Shown here in pieces: positions 27,803-36,271 of a stretch of 64,000 nucleotides of DNA. The notes beneath the pieces are model-generated. The model did no database searches. It saw only the letters and a program-made list of their open reading frames with translations, and was not told the DNA's origin. Position 1 is the stretch's first letter. Each line of letters opens with the position of its first letter. This stretch comes from Sporofaciens sp. SGI.106 (lineage in GTDB: Bacteria > Bacillota > Clostridia > Lachnospirales > Lachnospiraceae): the NCBI RefSeq assembly GCF_050314255.1, contig NZ_JBNPMZ010000003.1:62204-126203 (forward strand), written 5' to 3'. The translations under genes were made by a program, and so were the position numbers.

Positions 27803-29472
27803 TCACCTCCCAATGGCAAAGCAAGAGAAATATACTCTGTCTGCTGATCCTTTTCTATCTCCAGCGTTCCATGTAATTTTTCAATCTTATCCTGAATACT
27901 GCGATTTGACAGCACCTTCCTCGGATTGTTCAGTTCCATTCTTAAAGCAAGTACGTCTTCCGATATATTCAGATTAACAAGTACCGCATCTGTACCGGGA
28001 ATCCCCGCTTCCAGTACCGCCTCAACCAGTTCATATGCTGTCAGGATACTCTCTCCCGGAAGGGTTCCTTTCACACGATAGGACCCATAAGTCTTAATTC
28101 CGTACAGTCGCACATATTCCAGTGATTCTGCAATCGCCAGATGAAGCTCTTCGCCATGAATCTCCCGCCCCTGATGACAAAGAAGCAAAAGATTCGAATG
28201 GCGTTTAATGTATGCATTCAGAATACAGGCAAATTTCATTGTCTGCTCAAACTGCTCTTCTTCAGACGAAAGACCATCCAGCAAACTGCTCAGTCTGTCA
28301 ATCTGAAGACGGACACTCTCTGTAATACTGTCATATAATTTGTTCTGCTGCTCAATACGAAACCGGCTCTCCGCCAGTTTATTTTCCGCATCCAGCATAG
28401 CATTTTCTTCAGCCAGTACATCTCCCAGTTCTTCAAGCTCCCGATTCAGATGATTAATCTCTGAAATATCTCTGGTCCAGTACCCATAACCTCCCTGTAC
28501 TGCATGGCTTCTCAGACTGACATTGCCATCCTTAAGCAATACTTCATGTTCCTGCGCTTCCAGGATCTGTTCCGGGGATGGTGACACATTCTGTTCCGAG
28601 CGATAGCGGATCACTCCATCTTTATCCATAATCCCTGCACCTATTGACGACGCATTCCAGAAGTCACCGTATCCGTCATTCGAAGGAAGAAGATGTGTCG
28701 CGATAAGTCCCTCCATAAATGCGGCAAATATCACGCAGACCATTTCCGGTACCCTGAACATAAATTGCAGAATATTATCCGGATCAACAAAAAACATCAC
28801 AAGATAACAGATTCCAACACCTAACGGCACCAGTGATATCCAGACCTTTCTGCGCCTTCCCGGTACGGCACACCGAATCAGTACAATCGCCAATATGGCA
28901 GTGAAAAGCACAAAAATCCACAGCAGAGCTGCAAAATAAAATGGACCATGTATATATGGTGTATCACTCGAGTTTATCATACCCTCCGGGAACCGAAATG
29001 CCAGCTGGTGCATATCGTTGGTCAGAATTCCGGCTGTAATAATAATCGCAGGTATGTAAAGCAGTTTCCACAACCGACTGATGGGACGGTCATACGGACG
29101 CCCAATATAAAGTACTGAAAAAAACATCAGAAGCACACAAAATGTCTGAGGAATGTAGTACAGATACCAGGCATATCGCTCTGTAAAATGTCCCCTCAAA
29201 AGGAACATATACTTTACAGTCCGAAGCCCCATCCAAAAAACCATCAGATATGCAGCCGCAATTAGATTCCTTCGCACTTCCGGCTGAAGAACACGCCTTC
29301 TGATCTGCGAGATCCAGATAAACGCTGCTGTCGAATAAAATGCATAAATAATAATATTATGAGTAATCTCTGTTCCGTACAGCAAAAGACGTGCCACGCC
29401 GGAAAACAACACCAGCATAATACAGACTGTATTCAGAATTTTCGTTTCTTTACTTCCAGCATAATTTAACAT
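27793..29472 (-). CDS. multi-pass membrane sensor protein with coiled-coil and degenerate histidine-kinase-like C-terminal domain
   Basis: About 8 predicted TM helices, then a coiled-coil (LNRELEELGDVLAEENAMLDAENKLAES). A C-terminal ATPase-like region with no clear H-box. Confidence 0.4.
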   Translation of the reverse strand: MLNYAGSKETKILNTVCIMLVLFSGVARLLLYGTEITHNIIIYAFYSTAAFIWISQIRRRVLQPEVRRNLIAAAYLMVFWMGLRTVKYMFLLRGHFTERYAWYLYYIPQTFCVLLMFFSVLYIGRPYDRPISRLWKLLYIPAIIITAGILTNDMHQLAFRFPEGMINSSDTPYIHGPFYFAALLWIFVLFTAILAIVLIRCAVPGRRRKVWISLVPLGVGICYLVMFFVDPDNILQFMFRVPEMVCVIFAAFMEGLIATHLLPSNDGYGDFWNASSIGAGIMDKDGVIRYRSEQNVSPSPEQILEAQEHEVLLKDGNVSLRSHAVQGGYGYWTRDISEINHLNRELEELGDVLAEENAMLDAENKLAESRFRIEQQNKLYDSITESVRLQIDRLSSLLDGLSSEEEQFEQTMKFACILNAYIKRHSNLLLLCHQGREIHGEELHLAIAESLEYVRLYGIKTYGSYRVKGTLPGESILTAYELVEAVLEAGIPGTDAVLVNLNISEDVLALRMELNNPRKVLSNRSIQDKIEKLHGTLEIEKDQQTEYISLALPLGGEWL

Positions 29473-29480
29473 ATTCCCCG

Positions 29481-30299
29481 TCAGAATTTTCCGCCTCCGC
29501 CTCCGTGTGTTCTTCCTGATGAACTGGTGTGAGTGCTGCTTCCTCCACTGTTTTCATTTCTCTCAATCTTCCTGGTTGTGACGGTCTTATTCACCAGATG
29601 ATCCCAGTTTTTTGTAAGAACCATACTTCCCGAAACCATATAGTCCTGCGCCTGTGTATTTTTAACCACTGATTTCAAAGCTGATTTTTTTATCATACCA
29701 ATAATAAGCGCAATCACAAATCCAATCAACAGATCCACGAATATCCAGAAAGCCGGAACCGTTCCTTTGGGAAGATTTCCCACATCATATGGCTCCCCGG
29801 TCCTTGCCTGTGTAATAAAATTGTCGCAAAGCTCTGCATATTTTTCAAATGCGTCACTGTAATCTCCGTCACTGAGCATTGGTAAGAATTCATCTGCCAC
29901 ATACTCTATACCTGCATCAGTCAGTGCTGTAATTCCGAAACCACAGGTAGAAATATACCAATCTCTTTCCTCCATACTGACCAGAAGCAGGATACCGTCT
30001 TTTTCCTCGCCGAACCCATAACCATTATAATCATAGAAATCATCGGCATATTCCATGGCACTCTTACCATCCAACCCGTCGACCGTCACTACTGCAACAT
30101 CACATTCCTGCCGTTCACTGATCTCATCGAGCTGCTCCAAAATATCTGCCTCTTCCTCATCTGTCAGGAGATCCGCTTCATCTACAAGACGCGGCAAAAG
30201 CCGCTCGGGTGGCATTTCTTCCACTGCTGCTGATACCGGAAGTACTGTGGAGAAAATCAAAATAACTGTAAATAATATCGTAAATAACCGTTTCTTCAT
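29481..30299 (-). CDS. TPM-domain protein (YgcG-like), signal peptide, TM and Gly-rich tail (cassette B)
   Basis: C-terminal two-thirds near-identical to 20371-21636 (DDFYDYNGYGFGEEKDGILLLVSMEERDW...GGSSTHTSSSGRTHGGGGGKF). Confidence 0.8.
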   Translation of the reverse strand: MKKRLFTILFTVILIFSTVLPVSAAVEEMPPERLLPRLVDEADLLTDEEEADILEQLDEISERQECDVAVVTVDGLDGKSAMEYADDFYDYNGYGFGEEKDGILLLVSMEERDWYISTCGFGITALTDAGIEYVADEFLPMLSDGDYSDAFEKYAELCDNFITQARTGEPYDVGNLPKGTVPAFWIFVDLLIGFVIALIIGMIKKSALKSVVKNTQAQDYMVSGSMVLTKNWDHLVNKTVTTRKIERNENSGGSSTHTSSSGRTHGGGGGKF

Positions 30300-30320
30300 T
30301 TTCCTGTCCGCCCTTCCATT

Positions 30321-31385
30321 CTATATCAGCATGATTACCCACGTGAGAGCATACAGGATTGCCCCTGTAATTACTCCCCATGTTGCAACAAATCGCCAGA
30401 AAGCTCCTTTGTCTGCAGGAAGATCACCTACCATCTTTCCGGTCTGTCCATTCATGGCAAAAGTATATTTTTCACCATTCCATGTAGTATTCAGAATCCA
30501 TACAGGATATAGCGCATAACTATATTTTGCATTACAGATATTTACATGACTCTGTGCCGTCATCACGGAATGATATCCTGTTACTGTATTTGCAAATGAA
30601 TCCTCTGCACTGCGTTTCATTCTTTCTTCGGCACGCTTCATCCGTTCATCTTTATCCACATCATAGCGGTCGGCCACATATCCGGCCAGATATGCCGTCT
30701 GAAACGGAACAGCCTCCGAGAAATCATAAGGCTCTATGGATTCCATCAGCGTATCGTCCATTTTTACTGACCCATCCGCCGGAATGTGCTGAAAGCTGAT
30801 TCCACCGGCTCTTTGTGCCTGATAAAAGGAATGTTCCGTATATTCCACATCACCGGTTCTCCATACCCGCGTCTTCTGGGCATTATATGTAATATCTGCT
30901 TCCACATCCGCGTCAAACAGCCAGAACGGAACATAGACTCCTTTGATTTCATCAATATGGTTTTCCTCTTTGAAAATAGCAGGCAGAAACTTCTTTCCAG
31001 ATAAATGCCTGTGATAGGCTTCTTTCGCATCCTTCTTATCCAGTTTAAATGGAATAATATAGTCTGGCTTTAAGTCTCCGGCAAACTGACCTTTCATTAC
31101 TACACGGTTACCACAGAAAGGACAGGTAGTTGCACCGGTACTGTCATCTGCAATAATTTCCCCACCGCAGGATTCGCAGACATAGATGTGCATTCCATCC
31201 GTCTCACCCTCCTGCCAGTTTCCGTCACCTTTTGCCTGCCAGTCTGCCTGCTGTTGCTGCATCTGCTGATACTCTTCAATACTCATCTGTGTATCACAAT
31301 ACGGGCATTTCATCTGCTGGCTCTTACTGTCAAATTCCATGGCTCCGCCACAGGCAGGACATTTATATTCTATTATATCTGACAT
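30321..31385 (-). CDS. double zinc-ribbon protein with C-terminal TM anchor (cassette B)
   Basis: Paralog of 21650-22762 (MSDIIEYKCPACGGAMEFDSKSQQMKCPYCDTQMSIEE...). Confidence 0.7.
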   Translation of the reverse strand: MSDIIEYKCPACGGAMEFDSKSQQMKCPYCDTQMSIEEYQQMQQQQADWQAKGDGNWQEGETDGMHIYVCESCGGEIIADDSTGATTCPFCGNRVVMKGQFAGDLKPDYIIPFKLDKKDAKEAYHRHLSGKKFLPAIFKEENHIDEIKGVYVPFWLFDADVEADITYNAQKTRVWRTGDVEYTEHSFYQAQRAGGISFQHIPADGSVKMDDTLMESIEPYDFSEAVPFQTAYLAGYVADRYDVDKDERMKRAEERMKRSAEDSFANTVTGYHSVMTAQSHVNICNAKYSYALYPVWILNTTWNGEKYTFAMNGQTGKMVGDLPADKGAFWRFVATWGVITGAILYALTWVIMLI

Positions 31386-31399
31386 AGATTTCTCCTCTC

Positions 31400-32602
31400 C
31401 TAACGGATGTCATTTTCATTAAAGGGATCACCACATTCCGGACAGAATTTCGGAGGATTCTTCGGATCTGCAGGCTCCCAGCCACATTTATCACAGCGAT
31501 ATAACGGAGCTGCTGCAGGTTTCTTCGCCCCACACTCTGTACAGAATTTGCCTTTATTTACCGTTCCACATGTACAGGTCCAGCCTCCCTGTTGCTGCTG
31601 TCCCATGGCAAACAAATTCTGTGCATTTATGCCACCTGCCTGCTGAGCCATGCCCATTCCCATGAATCCCATCATGGCACCATTGGGATTATTTGCCGCT
31701 GCTTTCATAGCATCAGCCTGTGCTCCTGTAAGTGTTGCAGCTGCCATAGTAGGATCACGCATGATTGCAGCTTTCTGTGCCTGCTTGATCATCTCAGCAT
31801 CTTCTTCCGGAAGCGAAATGGTATTCATAGCTATGGATATAACAGAAAGCCCGCGAAGCTCTGCCCATTTTTTTGTAAGAGCCTGATTCATTGCCTCTGA
31901 CAGCTCCTCTGCATGACCCGGAAGTGCATTCGGCCGAATCTGCAGTTCGGAAATTTTTGCAAATGCCGGTTGAAGAGCACTGATAAATTCTGTTTTTAAC
32001 TGGCTTTCAATCTCTTCGCGATCATATTCCTGTTCCACATTTCCACACACATTTGTATAAAACAGAAGCGGATTAGTGATTTTATAAGAATAAACACCGG
32101 AACATCTGACAGATACATCAATATCCAATCCAATATTGCGGTCAACCACCCGGAACGGGATCGGATTCGGTGTGCCGAATTTATTATCCATCAATTCTTT
32201 CGTGTTAAAATAATAAACGCGCTGATCTTTTCCCGTATCTCCACCATACGTGAAACGTTTTCCAATGGTCCGGAAGGTTGCTTTAATGCTGTCTCCGAGA
32301 TTTCCCGCAAAAATACTGGGCTCTGTAGATGTATTGTAGGTATATTCTCCCGGTTCTGCACATACCTCTACAATCTTTCCCTGCTCTACAATCATCATAC
32401 ACTGGCCATCTGCCACCGCAATTCCCGATCCGCTGGAAATAATATTGTCATTCCCTTTCGTATTGGAAGAACGACCGGTAATACGCTTTTGTCCCTTTTT
32501 CACCATCACTTCTTTGTCCATTGCCTCGCAGTAGAAAAACTCCTTCCACTGATCTGCCATTGAACCGCCAAGAGCTCCCATTCCTGCTTTAATAAGTCCC
32601 AT
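31400..32602 (-). CDS. SPFH/band-7 domain protein (COG4260-like) with two C-terminal zinc ribbons (cassette B)
   Basis: N-terminus more than 90% identical to 23745-25166. C-terminal [18 protein letters not shown] plus [31 protein letters not shown]. Confidence 0.8.
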   Translation of the reverse strand: MGLIKAGMGALGGSMADQWKEFFYCEAMDKEVMVKKGQKRITGRSSNTKGNDNIISSGSGIAVADGQCMMIVEQGKIVEVCAEPGEYTYNTSTEPSIFAGNLGDSIKATFRTIGKRFTYGGDTGKDQRVYYFNTKELMDNKFGTPNPIPFRVVDRNIGLDIDVSVRCSGVYSYKITNPLLFYTNVCGNVEQEYDREEIESQLKTEFISALQPAFAKISELQIRPNALPGHAEELSEAMNQALTKKWAELRGLSVISIAMNTISLPEEDAEMIKQAQKAAIMRDPTMAAATLTGAQADAMKAAANNPNGAMMGFMGMGMAQQAGGINAQNLFAMGQQQQGGWTCTCGTVNKGKFCTECGAKKPAAAPLYRCDKCGWEPADPKNPPKFCPECGDPFNENDIR

Positions 32603-32605
32603 ATC

Positions 32606-33232
32606 TTATCTTCCTTTCGTTTTTACTTTTCCGGAATTTTTCCGTTTCTCAGGTCTTCCGGTTTTCTTCTTTTTCACAACACTGTACCCAAATGTCCCTA
32701 TCTTCCTGCCAAGGCCAAGATATGTCCCGTGGGAATAAGCCAGAAGGCCCGTATCGTTCAGTTCGAACTTTCCGTTTTCCTTCATATATGCCTCATCTAC
32801 ATGAACTGCCACAACCTCCGCCAGAAACATATGATGACTTCCAAGCTCTTTTATTTCCACCACACGGCACTCAATATTTACCGGGCTTTCTTTTATAAGC
32901 GGAGCATACTGAAGCTTCTTGGCCTTCTCCGGTGTCAGCTTCATTTCCTTCCACTTATCACCATCTCTTCCGGATTTCACTCCGCACCAGTCCGTTGCCC
33001 GCGCCAGCTTCTCCGTCGTAAGATTCACCACAAATTCTTTTGTTTCGCGTATCATACGGTAGGAATACCTCTCCGGTCTCACAGATATATAGAGCATGGG
33101 CGGGTTGGTACACACCGTCCCCGTCCATGCTACTGTGATAATATTCTGATTTCCTTCCCGGTCTGCAGCACTTACCATAACCGCCGGAAGCGGATAAAGC
33201 ATATTGCCTGGTTTCCATGTTTGCTTTGCCAT
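32606..33232 (-). CDS. flavin reductase-like (FMN-binding split-barrel) protein with Lys-rich C-terminal tail
   Basis: MLYPLPAVMVSAAD...NIITVAWTG...PPMLYISVRP pattern typical of the flavin reductase-like domain. Tail KKKKTGRPEKRKNSGKVKTKGR. Its stop is 3 nt from the SPFH-B start. Confidence 0.65.
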   Translation of the reverse strand: MAKQTWKPGNMLYPLPAVMVSAADREGNQNIITVAWTGTVCTNPPMLYISVRPERYSYRMIRETKEFVVNLTTEKLARATDWCGVKSGRDGDKWKEMKLTPEKAKKLQYAPLIKESPVNIECRVVEIKELGSHHMFLAEVVAVHVDEAYMKENGKFELNDTGLLAYSHGTYLGLGRKIGTFGYSVVKKKKTGRPEKRKNSGKVKTKGR

Positions 33233-33249
33233 AACTTTATTTTCCTCTC

Positions 33250-34896
33250 TTACTGTTGCAGCGCTCCCACCAGCGTTGGTATCAGCTGCTTCTTACGGGA
33301 TACCACACCCTTTAATATCATGTGAGATCCATCTTCCGGCAGATTGAAGGCGTCAATGATCGGTGCTTTTGCTCCCTGACCACAGCAGAGAAGCTCTGTC
33401 GATTCATCCAGAATGTCCGTCAGCATAAAATAAATCATATTCAGATTATGCTCTTTCAATGCTTTTGGAAGATGCGGTGTCAGCATTTCCTTGATTTCTT
33501 TCAATTCATCCTTACTCATGGAATTGATCTGGCCCACACCAAAGACCTTTTCTCCCACCGTAAACTGCTTGAAATCCTGGAAACAGATTTCCTCCGGTGT
33601 CTTTCCCTTAAGATTGCTTCCCGCATTGAACATCTCTGCAGCCAGCTCATCCAGATTGACATCTGCAATCTTCGCAAGCGTCTGTGCAGCCAGTTCATCT
33701 ACCACCGTACAGGTTGGGGAGCGGAATAACAGTGTATCTGACACAATAGCGGAGCAAAGCAGTCCGGCTATCGTCGGTGTAATCTCCACACCTGATTCCT
33801 GATACATCTGATAGACAATCGTAGCCGTACATCCCACCGGCTGATTCCGGAAAAATACCGGTCCCATTGTTTCAATATTTCCCAGTCTGTGGTGATCGAT
33901 GATCTCCATGATCTCTGCTTCTTCAATACCGTCCACCGCCTGAGATTTCTCATTATGATCCACCAGAATCACCCGCTTCTTGCTCACACTCATGAAACGG
34001 CGTCTGGAAATAAATCCCTTGAAATTGCCATGACGATCCAGGATCGGGAAATCACGGTATTTCTTCTGAGTCATAACTTCCTTAATGTCATCTACATAAT
34101 CATTCATCCGGAAAGTCACCAGCGGTCCCTTACTCATAAAATATTTCACCGGAATACTCTGATTAATAAGCCGGGCTGCCGTAAATGTATCATAAGGAGT
34201 TCGTATAATAACAATACTCTGCTCCTCTGCCTTACGGATCAATTCCTCCGAAACCTCTGCATTCTGGCAGATGACCATACAGCTGGCATCGATATTAACC
34301 GCGCAGGCCTGAGATTCATAACGGTTTCCCAGAATTACCAGGTCATCCTTCTGTATAAATTCCTGCATCATATCCGGGCTGGACGCACCGATGGTTACCT
34401 TTCCTTTTACAAAATATCCATGCTCGTTTCCCGTCACCAGAGTTCCATCCAGAGTTTCAATAATATTCTTATACTGGGTTCTTGCCTCTGCAAGAATCGT
34501 ACTTCCATACACATCCATATAAGATGTAGCAATATCTCCTGTAGAAATAACACCCATCAGCTCTCCATCCTTCAGTACCGGAATCGTCTTTACCCCTTCT
34601 TTTTTCATTAATTCCCAGGTATCTTTGATGGACACATTCGGTGCAACACCTTTGATCTTATGAATATCCATATCCTTTACCTGCAGCTTTACATCTGCAA
34701 GATATCTTGGCGCATCCACCTTAAATCTGCGGAGCACATACTGTGTCTCCTCATTAATCTGACCGGCCCGCTTTGCGATATAGTCTCCTCCGGTCATTTC
34801 TCTCTTCAAATGTGCATATGCAATGGCGGAACAAATGGAATCTGTATCCGGATTCTTGTGTCCCACTACGTATATTTTCCCTGATTTTTTTTCCAT
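33250..34896 (-). CDS. ppaC: CBS-domain-containing manganese-dependent inorganic pyrophosphatase (family II, DHH/DHHA2)
   Basis: YVVGHKNPDTDSICSAIAYA DHH N-terminus. CBS pair insert. DHHA2 region with GGGHxxAAG-like motif (GQGAKAPIIDAF...). Confidence 0.85.
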   Translation of the reverse strand: MEKKSGKIYVVGHKNPDTDSICSAIAYAHLKREMTGGDYIAKRAGQINEETQYVLRRFKVDAPRYLADVKLQVKDMDIHKIKGVAPNVSIKDTWELMKKEGVKTIPVLKDGELMGVISTGDIATSYMDVYGSTILAEARTQYKNIIETLDGTLVTGNEHGYFVKGKVTIGASSPDMMQEFIQKDDLVILGNRYESQACAVNIDASCMVICQNAEVSEELIRKAEEQSIVIIRTPYDTFTAARLINQSIPVKYFMSKGPLVTFRMNDYVDDIKEVMTQKKYRDFPILDRHGNFKGFISRRRFMSVSKKRVILVDHNEKSQAVDGIEEAEIMEIIDHHRLGNIETMGPVFFRNQPVGCTATIVYQMYQESGVEITPTIAGLLCSAIVSDTLLFRSPTCTVVDELAAQTLAKIADVNLDELAAEMFNAGSNLKGKTPEEICFQDFKQFTVGEKVFGVGQINSMSKDELKEIKEMLTPHLPKALKEHNLNMIYFMLTDILDESTELLCCGQGAKAPIIDAFNLPEDGSHMILKGVVSRKKQLIPTLVGALQQ

Positions 34897-35071
34897 ACTT
34901 TTCTTCCTTTCACAATTAAGGCACCAAAACCTCTCAAAGTAAGATTAACATTTTTTTAAGCCCCCCTCAACCTGAAAATAAGACTTTCCTCTTTTTTTCT
35001 TTCAAATACACCTCCTTATGTGCTATACTATCCTTATGAAAAAATTACGGAATGAGAAAGGACTATTCACT

Positions 35072-35755
35072 ATGAGCGAAGAATTGTTACAGGAAAACCA
35101 GACAGAAGAATCCATGGCCGATTATGAAGCACACTTTGATGACGCCAATCCATGGAATGTTGTACAGGATTATATGGAAAAAGGCACCAATCTTCCGGTC
35201 AAGGTAGAGGGTATCGTAAATGGCGGTGCCATTGCAATGGTAGAAGGTCTGCGCGGCTTTATCCCTGCTTCCAAACTGTCTCTCTCCTATATCGAGGATC
35301 TGGAATCCTATCTTCTTAAAGATATCGAGGTTCGGGTTATTGATGTAGACCAGGCTGAGAACCGTCTGGTATTATCCGCACGGGAGATTCTGAAGGAAAA
35401 GGAAAAACAGGAAATGGAAGCAAAGCTTGCCAGCGTCAAAGTAGGAAGTGTTCTTAACGGAACAGTAGAGAGCCTTCAGAATTACGGCGCGTTCGTACGT
35501 CTGGAGAACGGATTATCCGGTTTGGTACACGTATCCCAGATCAGCCAGAAGCGTGTAAAATCACCGAAAGATGTATTAAATACCGGTGATGAGGTTACCG
35601 TAAAGGTTATCGGCGTCAAAGACGGCAAGATCAGCCTCAGCATGAAAGCACTGGAGGAAGTAGTCGAGGAACCGGAAGAAAAGGTAGAGATACCAAAATC
35701 CGAAAACATCGGCACGAGCCTCGGTGACTTATTCAAAGGGCTGAAGCTTTCATAA
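35072..35755 (+). CDS. S1 RNA-binding domain protein (two S1 repeats)
   Basis: VEGIVNGGAIAMVEGLRGFIPAS and GTVESLQNYGAFVRLENGLSGLVHVSQIS S1 motifs. Start moved to ATG 35072 after GAGAAAGGA RBS. Confidence 0.75.
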   Translation: MSEELLQENQTEESMADYEAHFDDANPWNVVQDYMEKGTNLPVKVEGIVNGGAIAMVEGLRGFIPASKLSLSYIEDLESYLLKDIEVRVIDVDQAENRLVLSAREILKEKEKQEMEAKLASVKVGSVLNGTVESLQNYGAFVRLENGLSGLVHVSQISQKRVKSPKDVLNTGDEVTVKVIGVKDGKISLSMKALEEVVEEPEEKVEIPKSENIGTSLGDLFKGLKLS

Positions 35756-35766
35756 AAGCAGTATAT

Positions 35767-35819
35767 AAAGGGGCGTTACAAAAAGATGACTACTCATCTA
35801 TTTTGCAATGCCCCTTTTA
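35767..35819. terminator. intrinsic terminator-like hairpin between convergent S1 and C_GCAxxG_C_C genes
   Basis: AAGGGGCG ... GCCCCTTTT stem. Confidence 0.45.
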
Positions 35820-35829
35820 CGTGGGATAA

Positions 35830-36243
35830 TTACATATCCTTCAGAAATTCATCCACGATCTCTGCCGCATCTTCCACACACCGGATACAGCAATGTACCG
35901 GCTGCTGACCTTTATCTGTTAGAAGATCCCTGCAATAAATTGATGGATGCTTTTCTTTGAATTTTGCCGCTGCTGCCTGGAATTTAGCATAAGTATCCAT
36001 CTTTGTAAGCTTCGGCTGAGTCATATCTCCCGCACTGTTGGCAAGACTTAATGTCAGAAACATGCCTGTCACCGCACCGCAGGTATCTTTAAGCCCTCCC
36101 ATTCCGGAACCAAATCCCTCCGTCATACGGAAAACATCCTCTTCTTTTACACCAAAGGATTCACAGTAAGTACATGCCACTGCCTGACAGCAGTTATATC
36201 CTTTTTTAAACTTCTCTACTGCTATTTCTTTTCTCTGTTCCAT
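35830..36243 (-). CDS. C_GCAxxG_C_C family redox-motif protein
   Basis: YNCCQAV...TCGAVTG...CC motif arrangement. Confidence 0.7.
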   Translation of the reverse strand: MEQRKEIAVEKFKKGYNCCQAVACTYCESFGVKEEDVFRMTEGFGSGMGGLKDTCGAVTGMFLTLSLANSAGDMTQPKLTKMDTYAKFQAAAAKFKEKHPSIYCRDLLTDKGQQPVHCCIRCVEDAAEIVDEFLKDM

Positions 36244-36271
36244 CCCGGTTTCCCCTTTCTGGCATTACCGA

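Noticed and set aside
33889-34611. 240-aa plus-strand ORF inside ppaC
   Set aside because: Antisense to a CDS with clear DHH/CBS/DHHA2 motifs.
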